Below the pieces are notes generated by a model. The model worked only from the letters and a program-made list of their open reading frames with translations, was not told the origin of the DNA and made no database searches. From NCBI RefSeq assembly GCF_964355755.1, contig NC_092676.1, forward strand, positions 26,802,871-26,866,870: 64,000 nucleotides of DNA, given 5' to 3'. The DNA is from Antedon mediterranea (lineage: Eukaryota > Animalia > Echinodermata). Made by a program: the position numbers and the translations under genes. Below, piece by piece: positions 37,063 to 49,766 of this stretch; the first letter of the stretch is position 1, and each line of letters starts with the position of its first letter.

Positions 37063-40000
37063 CTAGAAAAAAAACAATTTTCTTAGTTTAGTTTAAAATT
37101 ATCAGGGGAAAATATTATAAATAGTTAAAGATCTCGGTCGTTATCTTGAAAACGAATTGTTGTGTGCTAATTTTCGAAAATGTTCGTTTTTGTTGAAATA
37201 ATTGAAACTCTTCTATTTGATGGTATCAAACTTAAAGTTAGTTGCTATTTATATTGAATAGTTCATTTGGTTTCAGTTGTATGTGCTGTTATATGCGCTG
37301 GTGTTTGGTAAATAAAATAAAGTACTCACCTCATTGCTCTACTAAGTTTTTCGTATGTCATTCCGGGATTATTTTTCTTCCGCCCCCACATTCTTGCAAC
37401 AGCTTCTGAGTTGACAAATCGGAAAACTCCTTCCTCTCGGTCTTCCCATCGGATGAACTTAGGGCAACACGAGTTGTTCTTTAACAGATCTCTGATAAAT
37501 TCCCATAAGTGATTTCCCTTCATACCCTCTCTGCGACCCCGACCTCTGTAATTTTTACCGTCAATGTCACAATCATCGGGGTCAACACGCTGGATTTTGC
37601 GAGGTCGACCTGGTCTTCTTTTTGATACGCCTGGCAATTTATTGTGAATGTCTTTGACAATGGTTTTTCGTTGGTAGTTGTGTGTTCGGGAGGAGGCGGT
37701 ATATGTGGGGGATGGACAGTCATCCGAATAGTTCGTTGGACTTTGTGGGGGCAGTGTGAAACTTGTTCCACTTGTATCGCTACAGTCACTTTCAGAATCT
37801 GAAAAATATAAATGGTTGAAAAGGTTATGTATACAGAAATTACACTTTAGGTTTTGTTTTTCGTCTTTCGAAACTTGTTTTTCAAAAATTGTATGTGAAT
37901 TACGAGAAGGCATGCACAATAAATCATAATTCAAGTAACAATATGCTTATACAACTTTCAAAGCTTCTCAACAAATAATACGGTTTATCTTTCAGAAGAA
38001 TATTTGTAGTATATCCAATATTGAATTTATAGAAGGTCAGATAGAGGTCAATAGAAGGCACTTACCATTACCAACGTCATATCTGTGGTATATGAATGTG
38101 TCCATTATTGATGGAAGATCAGGGAAAGTATGTGTGCCATCAAAGTGTGATAACTGACCAATTGACGGAACTGTTTGAACTGTAAATAAAAAAAAAACAA
38201 TTACTAAAATAATATTCAAGTCCATCTGCTAAAACTAACTAAAACCCCGGCCATTTTCAAGGAGACTGTATACATATTCTATATGGAAAAAAGAAACAGC
38301 AAGTAGGCATACGTCACGTCACTTAACAATTGATATCACATGACGAATACTAGTCACTTGCGCACGACTCTACCATTTCTCAAAGTAGTCTGTAGTAGTC
38401 TAAATACAAACACTGTATGCTGGTTTATCTGTTTACAGGTGTGGGTTGCCTCTTAGAAAAACAACCAAATTCAACTTACCATCTTCGTCACCCGGCATCT
38501 CAAAATTTGGGAAAGGGTTTTGATGAAGGTCGTGACCTTTGCCGTCAAATGGTGTTGTTAGAATGATGTCATTTAGATCTGAGGGTAATAAATATTTTAG
38601 CGTATAATTTCGGAGAAAATAATAAACATCATAGTCTATCATGAAATTGTAAGGCGACCTTCTATCGTACTGATCGTGAGAATATATTTGAAGGTAGACC
38701 TATAAGTACTTGATGAAGAGATTGTAGATTTGTTGAATCAAAAAGTTAATCAATCTCCATTCATGTTACATCAACAAAATTAGGAATGAAAAACGAAGAA
38801 AACTACATTTTCTTTGTGGTTCGTTTGTATATAATTAAATAGTAGCGCTGGCGCAAATGTTACTTGGATTGAATCTTAGTTTGGCATCTTTTGGGTGTAT
38901 TTTGTTGTAGATAAATACGTCATCAAAGTAACTTACCATGCATTGATATGATAGAAGGTAATATGCCTGGCAAGCATTCGTCATCAAATGTGTCTTGGTA
39001 TGTGCACACTATAGTGAAAAAAAATGTATACATTTAATACAATGCAGTGCGTGGTTTACTTTTTATAGTAAGGTGTGAATATCATTACTATTTATGAACT
39101 TCTACTGTATAAAAGTGTACTTAATTTTAAATCCAAGATATTAATTATAAATAAAATTCTTTGTTGTTTTAAAAACAAAAGGAGGAGCGAAACTCATAAT
39201 CATAATTTGGTATTGTTTATGACGAAATTCAGATTCCGAGACGATAAAAGCAGTTTTATTGAACTTGCGCTTTCGGAATGCTATGGCACGTCAAGAAGGT
39301 CGCTCAGTTGATTTCATCAGCCTAAGGGGTAAGCGTCAAGGTGATACTTAATTTATAATAGCTTAGGGTCAGACTGACAGGTACTCGTTACAAAAATGCA
39401 ATGGCTTATTGCCTCCGTTATCAGTTTAAAGGACAAGTATTGGATCCAATTTATTATTCAATTTCTGTCAAACGAGTTATAGTGACACTTGTCAATTCTA
39501 CGTAATCTAATTATTAAATAGATAATATAAAAGTTACTCATTTATCTTCCCCAAAATCGATTGTTGATATTCCATGCATTATGTAATGTATTGTGGGAAG
39601 TGGTTATGAAGGCGTGAAATAGTAATCTAGGATGACAGTGCAGAATGAATGTATGACAGTCCATAATCTCTAAAACCCCCTTTTAAATCTAAATAACTTC
39701 CTAAGGAAGGATGTAGGACTTACTCGGATCCCAACTCGTATATTCCATGTTTTGCATTGAATTAGGAGAGACTCGCGTCGATGTTACTGCGGGTTCTAGC
39801 TGTGCGTATACAGGGCTGTGTGGCGGGGTTGGCAGACCGTCGTGACCAACGTAGTTGCTTAGTTTCGTAACACCGCTTGTTAACAACTCCTGTGAACAGT
39901 CGTCACTGAAAATCTAAAGAAAAGGAACAACATTTTTATACTTAAACGTAATTGGTTGTCATATTAGAAAATGTGTACGCGGGCGTACTATGGTTATTAT

Positions 40001-40323
40001 AATTTGAACGCGCGCGTTAAATATTTTGTCACGTGGTGGTTGAAACTATTCGTCCTGGTTGAATAATAAAAGTCCGTAATTTTGTTTTGAAGTATATGGA
40101 TGATTGACTTTGCTTTAAATAAATAATCTTCAATAAGAATTATTCTCAATAGAAATGTATTTATAGATGAACGGTGTCATTATGATAACTGACTACAATG
40201 AAAACCAAAAATAGATATCATGATGTTGCAATATTATTATTATAGATGGGCCGCTGTGCGAATTAGTCCGAAATTCGGTTGAACTTTATGAAAACTTACC
40301 GATTCGTTTTTGTAGCCTTCCAT
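36921..40323 (-). CDS. Ese: ESE-subfamily ETS transcription factor (ELF3/EHF/ELF5-like), spliced CDS join(40323..40300,39913..39724,39008..38937,38578..38480,38179..38066,37798..37330,37062..36921), ~369 aa
   Basis: ETS domain [10 protein letters not shown]...[42 protein letters not shown]|[27 protein letters not shown] is typical of ELF3/EHF/ELF5. AT-hook KRRPGRPRK precedes it. All six introns are GT..AG with compatible phases (0,1,1,1,1,2). The start ATG at 40323 is inferred and less certain than the 3' exons. Confidence 0.9.
37330..37798 (-). CDS. Ese: Ese exon with Ser-rich region, AT-hook and N-terminal part of ETS domain
   Basis: Acceptor tttttcag, donor AG|gtgagt; lies within ORF 37326..37934. 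Confidence 0.95.
38066..38179 (-). CDS. Ese: Ese internal exon ([37 protein letters not shown])
   Basis: Acceptor tttatttacag, donor G|gtaagt, 114 bp, phase 1-1, open. Confidence 0.8.
38480..38578 (-). CDS. Ese: Ese internal exon ([32 protein letters not shown])
   Basis: Acceptor ttaccctcag, donor G|gtaagt, 99 bp, phase 1-1, open. Confidence 0.75.
38937..39008 (-). CDS. Ese: Ese internal exon ([23 protein letters not shown])
   Basis: Acceptor ttttcactatag, donor G|gtaagt, 72 bp, phase 1-1, open. Confidence 0.75.
39724..39913 (-). CDS. Ese: Ese internal exon ([11 protein letters not shown]...LPTPPHSP...YTSWDP)
   Basis: Acceptor cctttctttag, donor A|gtaagt, 190 bp, phase 0-1; overlaps ORF 39701..39886. 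Confidence 0.85.
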
Positions 40324-40405
40324 ATTTTGGGGGTAATATGCTGTACGATATGGCAACGGTTGTTGATATCCAAAGTTACCACTCCTATCAGTTGTCTCGT
40401 AGTGC
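40300..40405 (-). CDS. Ese: Ese exon containing the probable start codon (ATG 40323, MEGYKNES); the whole exon is open in frame
   Basis: Acceptor tctcttcacatag, donor G|gtaagt, phase 0 matching the next exon. Confidence 0.7.
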
Positions 40406-41870
40406 CTATGTGAAGAGATGAAGAAATATATTAATTTACCAGTTGGCGTTCCATACGAAGAATTAATGTTTCGAAAGCAGGCAATAAAATGGTGATTTAA
40501 ACTTATTTGTTTTCTTTCAATCGCATTATCATATCATGGGATGTTGTGATTGTTATCTCTGCATGAAGTGAAGAACTTAAAAGTGTTTTGTCATTCAATA
40601 CACTATAGATGCGAATATAATTTACTATGGTCTATCAACGCCTAAAGCTATATAGAGGTATAGAGGCGTAATGCAAAGATGTTTTGACCTCTTTTTACAT
40701 TGAGGAGAATAATAAACTACGATCATTTCCTTTGCGGTTCTTAATAACAAACATTTTCATTTTTGAAGTAACGCTTCGTTAAACTTGCATTATCGATCGG
40801 TTCATATTCTATGAATTGTTGTCTGCAGAAATCTACGTAATCTATTCTATGAATATTCCAATAGAAAAACGATTGATTGTTCTATTGTAGTGAAATATAG
40901 CATAGGTGACTACTCTGAATACAATTGTATTGTTCGTCGGTAGATACCAATATTGCGCATGTACATATCGTGTTACAAATGCTCGCACATTACGTGATAC
41001 GAAGTACGCGCGCGATTTAATAACTCCGAGGCACCACGTATAACATTTCAGGATGTTTACATTCAAAGTATGCATTATGCAAGGAGTAATAGGATATGTT
41101 TATGTTTTTTAACAGCTACACAATAAGACCATTGGACACTATCCAACATTCTTTTGTATACACTATTTCAATGTGAATAAACTTTATATTATTATTAGTG
41201 TCTGGTATAAGAAGTATAAATCATCACATAAGCCTAGTACAGTATTTATTCAACAGTCTAGTTCAGAGGTTTGAGACATTTTTAATACTGCTATTTTCGA
41301 TTAAAAAGATAAATAATGTTTTACTGAATATGATACGGATTCTCCATAATGTTAATGAATAACAGGCCTGCAAAAAATGTGCGGTATGTTAACGGGTTAT
41401 TTGCCTGCTCATTAGGCGTATGATTAATTTACTAGAGTAGGCCAAGACCTGGCTAACAGGGGATGATTCTAGCCACCTGTTGGATTAAAAACAATGTTCT
41501 AGATTCGCGAAAACGATGTTAGAATTGCACATTAGAAGACAAATGAAACCTATTATGAAAAAAAAAAAAATTGTGTACGATAAGGATCGTGAACGCAGGA
41601 TCCGTCACGTACATATGGTGTTTTTATCTTACCAAATAAGGCAGTACTTGTTTTATGCATCACTAAACCGATGCATTACCTTGATCGACTAAACTGGCTA
41701 ACAGTGTTAAATTGTGTTACTCGAGCAGATAATACAATTAGGTATAACCATCGAGTATGGTATAACCTTAGACTAAAAGTACATACAGTACAACTATTGA
41801 TGCAATCATTTTACTTAAGTGTTTCAACAAAGGTAAATAAAATACAAGCATGCTTAAGACTTAGACTTAC

Positions 41871-42260
41871 CTTGCTAGACGTTGTTAAATTATCGTCTGT
41901 TAATATTACACGAGTTACGTCCCGAAAGTAAGAGGATATATAACCAATTAGTTAGCACATTTATGTTGTGAGAGAAGTGAGTAACTAACAAGAACTGAAG
42001 TGGATCTTAATTTGACTTTCAAATATACATTGCGACCTATAAATACAGATAGTAGTCTGCGTTTCAGGTAGTCGAAAGGGAATTCCCCTAGTTAGTTTGC
42101 AAAGATACGCCACTTGATTGGCTGGTTTTAAAGTAGGCGTGTTTAACATCAAGCGACCAATAAAAAGCTTTGCTTCTGTTGAAGTTTGAGGGGGTTTACC
42201 AATGATGTCACTAAGGCGAGTTGATGTCACAAACTTCTTCAGCCAATCAAAGACGTGCAT
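41871..42260 (-). promoter_or_regulatory. Probable non-coding first exon (donor at 41871) and proximal promoter of the Ese gene
   Basis: AAG|gtaagt donor at 41871/41870 with an in-frame stop upstream; TATATA near 41937-41942; CCAAT boxes near 41944, 42116, 42157, 42199 and 42243; palindromic kB site GGGAATTCCC at 42078-42087. Confidence 0.5.
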
Positions 42261-43516
42261 GTCACCAGAACTAATAGCTAATACCATATTTGTTGGAATT
42301 TGAAGGTACCTATATAAATTTTGGACCACGTGAAATATATTAAACCCCGAAAAATTCCAGTTCTGGAAAAAAAAACCCAATACGTCATCTTTGGGGCTAT
42401 ATTTACACCTCATTTGGTTATGAATATGGACTGAATTGTTAGTTAGTAGTGTGGAAATGGTGATAGGTGCTCCCTGGGTTGCAGAGTAGGGGATTCTCAC
42501 AGGTTGTAAAGAATGGTGGTATTACGCAATTACGGTATTTGATGTGCTCGGGAGCGTGTATTACATTAAAGGGTTAATATTTTTGCCGGCTAAAATATTC
42601 AATACATGCAGGTAGGCCCAGCAAAAGTATTATTGCCTATTTTATTTGTATGTATAGTGTAATAATACACATAAAATAGTAGAATACTGAGCTGGGCCGC
42701 CGCGTTCATATAAAGACATTGTGGTTCACGCGAATGGTACACTGTTACCTGGAAAGTATATCCAAATTGTAAATGTTAAGCCTAAATGTTAAAATGATAG
42801 AATAAAACTACTTCTCTCTTCCCTGGTGAGACGTATCAGATACGAATGCTATACATAAACGACTTTAGTATCTAACCATCATGGAGTAGGCCTAATAATT
42901 ACCTAATTGTTACTCCACGGTCCTATAAAATGGTAACGCTGCAATAAGGTATTGTTTGTTTATTGTCATAAAAGTAACATGATGTTATCTTATCTGAATG
43001 AAGCAAATTTGTTAATAATTTACCTCTTGTATTTGTTTTTCAATTGGGCACGCGAAGGTTTCAATTGCGGTTTGATGTCATAACATTATTTCGAATTTCA
43101 ATTGGGATTATTTTAGTACAATATGCACCTGTGTGTACATCACCGAGTGGATTTGGTTTTTTTTTAAATTAAATATTTTATAAACTGCGATTAATATATG
43201 CATTATGCATTTTAATATATGCATCTGCATCCTCTGTGTCTGAATTTGATGGAATGTCCGAATATGTATAATCGAGTATGTTTTGTGTTGGCTCTATAGC
43301 GTAAGCTGGCGTAGCGTAAACATTTGCGCGTGAATTAAAAGAACTAGAGCATGTCGTTGTTAACGCCACTCAGTATGCCATGTCTATTTACGAACCCATA
43401 GGGAATGGAGGTGGTGTAAAAATAGGATGTTAAGGGTTAAAAAACCCTTCTTTTGCTCATTTAAATGAATAGCCTGCGGAGTGGACAATAATACAAGGGG
43501 CCAAAAGCATAAAGGC

Positions 43517-43612
43517 TCGTCGTCGTCAAAGCAAACTCTGATCAAAGCGTGGCTTCCCTGAAACCATCTCCTGTCTTTTACCATCCTACTTGCTTGCTCC
43601 ATAGAGCCAATC
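43517..43612 (-). mobile_element. Second copy of the same RTE 3' end
   Basis: Reverse complement matches 34940-35035 (gagcaagcaagta..gacaggagatggtttcag..tgatcagagtttgctt). Confidence 0.65.
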
Positions 43613-44080
43613 GTACTATTTGCATATAGGCTACGGTATATTAAACCATGCACAAAACTAAAAATTAATCCGTTTGACGAAGTTATTTCTGCGTATTGTA
43701 CGTATTGTATATTTCATGTCTGTGACCCTTTTTAGGAATAGAATTTAACACAGTGACATTCTATGCTTATGTTATGCTAATGTAAAGGTATAGGATTTGT
43801 CATTATTGTATTTGAATGAGAACTTTGTACTCTGACCTTCTGTGTACCCCATTGTTGGTGACGGTAATATTGCTAATAAGCCTGGGGCTCTTTTAAAATA
43901 CTGTATATATATAATAAAATACTTGTTTCTTCAAAGTGCACACGAACCGGATGTTTACACGTACATATTTGTCGCCAATTTAGGATTCAATTTTCAAGTA
44001 TGTAATTGCTGGCCCAATGTTTGGTTTTAATCATTAATTTTCCGGTTTAATATCTTGGGCGTTACCAGGATTGTTGGTAG

Positions 44081-44390
44081 AGGTCGAGATTATAATAGAT
44101 ATTTAGATTAGAGCGAGCTTATAGCATGGGACTATACGCCTATGTAGTCTATTCTGACGTCTTAAACAAATCTCATTTTAGAATACACCTATGTAGGCCT
44201 ATGTATTCGGATATAGAAGTTGATGTTTTTTTAGGTCGAGTTATAATATATATTTAGACTGAATTAACGAGAGTCTAGCTTGTAGCTACTAAACTATGTG
44301 TAGAAGTATAGTAGCCTATTCTGACGACTCAAACAAATCACATTTTAGAATAGGCCTATGTATGTATTCGGATAGAAGTATGATTTTTTT
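44081..44390. repeat. ~150-bp tandem duplication
   Basis: ggtcgag..ataat..attctgacg..aaacaaatc..ttttagaata..tattcggata occurs twice. Confidence 0.7.
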
Positions 44391-44945
44391 ATTGAGGATA
44401 AAAAAATATATATAGGCCTACAGCTGCGTCAAACCGCCAACCACACACAGTCCCAATCCCTTTTAGTTGTACGAATTTCAGGAAACAAAGATATTAAAAA
44501 TTGTAGGTGTGCCAGGAAAAATATGGTAAAATATATGTGAAAACGTACGAAATTGGTAGAAACAGCTTATTTATGCGTTAATAACTGTTATTCCCCGAAC
44601 AGATGTGACGTGTTCAGCTAACTGTAAAGTTGTGTTTAGTTGAGGACCAACGTAGCGAAGACTATGACATTAGTCAAGTAATGGATTTCCATGGTCAAAT
44701 GTGCTGTTACATGTAGCTAGGCATACTAGTCCCTTCTTGGCTCGTTATATTCTACGGCACCACCGGCCGGTCCACTTGCGCCCGTGGACACAGCGGCAAA
44801 TGGATGGAAATGTACGCTATGCTGCCATTCTAAATAGAACGATATGCCTACATGCAACTCAAAATCTACTAAACTCCTTCATATTTGCATTCATCTTTCG
44901 TATCTTTTCTTAGTGCTACACAAACCCAAACATTCAAACAAAATA

Positions 44946-45171
44946 AATATTGAGTATTGTTGCACATGGTATGCAAATTATACCAACAAGCACAGCATAA
45001 CATGTGATCGGACCAAGAGATAAGTTCTTAATACAAAGACCATGATGCATTTTGATGAATATTGAGTATTGTTGCACATGGTATGCAAAATACCAATAAT
45101 CACAACATAACAGTCATGTGATTGAACCAAGAAGATGATAAATTCTGAAAAGAAAGACCATAATGCATTTT
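44946..45171. repeat. ~110-bp tandem duplication
   Basis: aatattgagtattgttgcacatggtatgcaaa..aaagacca..atgcatttt occurs twice. Confidence 0.75.
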
Positions 45172-46494
45172 AAATCCATTTTGTTTAGGCCTCAATACTT
45201 GTGTACAGTTCAATCGATGGTGAAGTCGTTCGCATAACAGGTGTCATTCTCATTCGGCAGGTGGCTCGTGATTCTTCGTTGCTTGGTCACTGGTGTTGAG
45301 TTTGTTGACTCATCGATCATGAGTTTACCATTCTCCGTAGGGAAGACACTCTTTTGGCAGGTGAATTCGAAGCACGTGTTCACATTTTTACAACCTGAGT
45401 GGCAGACGGCGTGTCATACTTACGTACGGACCAAACAATGTGAAAGATACTCACGGTAATAAAACGTCATTACATTATTTTTATTACATCGTTTATATCC
45501 TTGTTACTTAACGTACATTCGACAGAAATAGAACTATCAAATAGTCTGATGACTATAAATATAGAATGATACAAGGCAATTTGAAGTAGGATATCGACGT
45601 CATTTAAGAGACTCGAGCGTTTACTAGGCCCATCCCTAGGCCTGCGTTTACTAGGCCTAGTCAGCTATTAATAAGACTCCCAGATAATATGACACCCGCA
45701 CAACTAGCGCTAGAGTAAGACAACAACATGAATAAAAGTCTCGCTGGTCCTACATTGTTTGCTATTAAATGTTATATTTGTTATGGATCAAATAAATCGG
45801 CTTGTAACATGTGTGTGACTTGTAAAAAGACACGTTGGAAAAAGGTAGAAAATATGGACAATTATACAGGATGTCTTGAAAACAGCACTAAATTTCACTG
45901 GCCCACTTTAGACACACCCGGCCCACAACAGGAATAAATGGCACAAAATAGTAGAATACGCTGTCTACGATGAAGACGCGTGTTGAATTAATATTAGATA
46001 AGTTGGCGGCTTGGCCTACATCAGTCGTGATATAGAAAATATCGAATTCAATATAGCATTTGTTTAGTGATTATTATTCAGTAGGCCTATATCAGTAATT
46101 GTAGTGTAGAGAGGCCTGCAAATGCTTTTTCATGAGGTCTTTCTCATCGCTATCTGCAATCTCAAAAGTCATACTGAAATATCCCAATGTTTATAATAAC
46201 AGCACGTGTTTGTTGTCATTGTTTCCTTTTTTATGAATACTGTGCCTATTACTGTACACTGTTATCATGAATGTATTTTGAGTTATATTGTTCTCTGTCT
46301 TAAAACAATTGTGTAAGCTAAACATTTCAATACCTTATCTGACAATCTTAAATGTTAATGCCATTTATGAGCAATAGAAGCTGTAGGCCTAAGCAAGTGC
46401 CAAGGTCTAAAATGGAATTAAATCGAAGAGTTTAGGCAACATCTGGGCCTGACCCGGATCTAGCGGTTTATATATACTGTGCGATTATAAATTA

Positions 46495-46820
46495 TTTACA
46501 ACGTCATCGTCTTAAAGGAATGTGAGTGTAGGTGCTGAATCAGTCCCTCTTAATTGACTACGTCATCTTAAAACACCTACCAAATATGGTACAAGGCGAA
46601 AGGAAGTTTGATTCGTTAATTGGGACGTCATGCGCGTATGACACGTCGATTGTAATTGGCTATCTCATACACTCCTTGAAACAACAACCAAATATGGTGA
46701 GCTATTGGGCGGAACGACATTTGATTCGTTATTAGAAATACGCCACGTGGGGTATGCCCATGTTTGGAAGGCGACGTACTCAACAGGTATCCACGTGACT
46801 GGGTAATTGTATGCGTCATG
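46495..46820. promoter_or_regulatory. Candidate enhancer: duplicated CArG + GGAA module with CRE half-sites and CACGTG E-boxes
   Basis: CCAAATATGG at 46580 and 46688, each followed by GGAA (46602, 46711) and TTTGATTCGTTA (46607, 46720); ACGTCA at 46501, 46560, 46625; CACGTG at 46744 and 46792. Confidence 0.4.
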
Positions 46821-48709
46821 TATCATGGTTAACTGGAACATTTGATAGTATTCTCGAATTCCTATTCCCCCACGAGTCCAGACAACCAATCCTATCACAA
46901 AAGAGGTGCTGGTTCGAATCGCCCGAGTGTGCAATATTATTGTTACTAATTTAGGAGATATATAATATGTTGCCATTAATTTTGTATGGTACGGACGTTT
47001 ATAGTTTGTACATACAATAATGTGTGTCTGTGTAACTTAAGGGTCTATTCTAGGATGTTTGTTATTGTACTTTCGCCTGCAATTATATTATTATTAGGCC
47101 TATATTAGAGAAACTTATTTTTTTCTAGGTATGATGAGCTGTCGTTTATTCGGAAATATTATCGCTCTAAATATTGTTCAAAACGACATATTGGCTGATA
47201 ATAAAATCAATTTACCTAAAGAAATATGTTTTTTAAATAATATCAAAATAATCAGGATGTGATTGGGTGTTATATTGCAGTGACTTTGACACTTTGCGAA
47301 ACTCATGGTGTACCCGGGTTTTCCCGTAACTGTTGAAAGCTACTCAGCTCCCTAGATATGCTGTGTTTCACGTGATCATTTTGCAATATGCCCTCTGTGT
47401 GCCCTCTCAGCTTTCTCAGTGTGTGCCACGTGTACACAATGTTAAGTAACACGTATAAATACTAACTGCGCACGTGTGCACACCAATGCAATGTGTGAAC
47501 GCCGCTTGTTGCTCGAGTAAAGCTTGGTTCCCACTATAGGACGCAACTCAAGGATGTAAGCCGCTTGTTGCTCGAGTAAAGCTTGGTTATATGACGCAAC
47601 TCATAGGACGTAAGAAATTAATCAATTATACGCGCTGCGCAAGGAGTATTTTTATTTATTTATTTGTCGCTTGCCATTGGCTAACTCGCTTGCGTTGTAG
47701 TCACAAGTAGGCGTACGTACGTAATAACTATGTGCTCGTACGCACAGACTACTGTTTCAATGCTATTAGTTTTTTTCTCATAAAATTCTCCACTTTAAGT
47801 GTTATAGGCCTATCTATTTTTCCTATATCGTCGTTTAGATAAGGGAGATACACTTTCAGTTTTGTTTTTATTATCAGCATGTATACATTTAAATACGTAT
47901 TAATTACTGTTTAAGCTTTGCGATGTGATTTCAGGATCACTACGGTATGTCTAACTAGTCTGAACCTACTTATTCCTCACGCGATTTGCAATATTTAGGT
48001 CTACGTACTACAATCATGTTGATGTGTTCTTTTATTTATTCATGAAAGTGAAAATGGTTGAAGAAAAGAACAATGTAAAAATGATGTCATCCAGGTTGTC
48101 GTTCGGTAGGTCAACGAAACGAAACTTCACGGTTTATGGTCCGTCGGGTTTGTATGTGTCGTCTGCTATGAAAATTGATTGCGCCATTTATAATAATCCT
48201 CTATTCAACTGATTTATAGTGCACAGTCTAGTTATTTATTACGATTCAGCTCTGTTTATATTGTACGTTCGGGGAGATGGGAATTTTTGGTATGTCGCTT
48301 CTATGCATTAGCTGGATTTCAACACGTTTACCTTTCACAACAATATAACCAATTAAAATAGACCTTAGTTTGGTATCCAATTACTGCAGTAATTGTTAAA
48401 CTTCTACATCGACCCAGATTCTTACTTGATTCCTCAACATCCATCAATAGTAGGCCTACATTAAATGCATTACATGTCTGTGGCTTATCTTAACGAGTCG
48501 TGTGACTAAAGTTATCACTTTTCAATCTATCTCCACACTTTAAAAATGTAAAACAATCAAATTTATCAAAAGAGATCAAAAACAACATCACAGTACTGTT
48601 TGTGGTCATTGCGCCCTCTTCATAGATCCTCGAGGTTCCTTTACAGTTTAAATCCAAACACTCAATTTCAAAATTAAAATATGCAACTATGCTAGTAGAT
48701 ACAGAACTC

Positions 48710-48784
48710 TTTTTAGTCTACAATTCGGTCGGTCGGTTGGTCGGTAAACACTAACTTGAGCACGCGACTACAGCCATGTATATG
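48710..48784 (+). mobile_element. HINE family 2 remnant
   Basis: tcggtcggtcggttggtcggtaaacact..cacgcgactacagccatgtatatg. Confidence 0.65.
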
Positions 48785-49428
48785 ATTGTGTAATCCGGTA
48801 TAAAGATGTTGTTAAATAAATAAAAGAATAAATCTATATTGTATATACAATAAATACGAATTTTCACAACGGTAGGCCTACTATTGAAATTTTGTTGACA
48901 ATTTTGATTGAAAAATACTGAATTTAAAAAAGAAATCAAAATTTAACAGAGAGGTAAACACCTTTCTTGATAGCCGTCGTAAACACAAGTGCTTTAGTGT
49001 ACCAGGCAATAAATCTTCGTTCAGCTCTCTAAAAACCCGTATGACGCTGTCGTCTGGTACGTGACGACATCTCTACATTACATGACTTACATGGCAATGT
49101 AAAATAAAACTTAGGCCTAACAACATGTAAACATTTATGCGGAATTCGAATCCGAGACTCGGAACATCCCATGAGGAGAGGTTTGCTCGAAAAATGTTCA
49201 AGATAATATTAGGCTAACATGACATTTACATTAACAACAAATCATAATAAAACAAATACAGTGCAATAGTAGAGTTAATATCCGTGTGTGTTCATGTTCA
49301 TAATATTAAATTATTAGCTTTCTAATATCCGGAACAAATGATTTAGTATTATTATTGATTTAATGAGAGTTAATGTCCTTATCTAGTTTTTGACAAGTTT
49401 ACGACGATAATACCGAATTAATTTGTAA

Positions 49429-49766
49429 AGCTTGGTTTTCACTGGGACGCAACGCAAGGACGTAAGCGCAACGTAAAGCTTGGTTCCCACTAGAACGTAA
49501 CGCAAGGACGTAAACGCAACGCAAACGTTTTAACCACTGACAAGCGAAGTTATAAATAGACAGTTAGCAATCACAAGCGAATAAGCCATCGCTTGTAATT
49601 GGTCAATTCACTTGCGTTGCGTTACGTCCTTGCGTTGCGTCGCTAGTGGGAACCACGCTTTAGTGAGTTTACCAATCAAAAGCGATGGATTTATTTGTTG
49701 CTGGTCAATAGTCAACTCGCTTGCGTATGTGCGTCTACGCCCTTGCGTTGAGCGTGGAACCAAGCT
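49429..49766. mobile_element. MITE family B (Harbinger-like) with a second copy (49477-49659) nested inside; relatives at ~47520-47705 and ~52587-52740
   Basis: TIR AGCTTGGTTCCCACTA..ACGCAACGCAAGGACGTAA; TAA/TTA flanks. Confidence 0.75.

Noticed and set aside
41985-42500. 171-aa minus-strand ORF upstream of Ese
   Set aside because: Non-ATG start and no recognisable motif; it overlaps promoter-like elements and is probably chance
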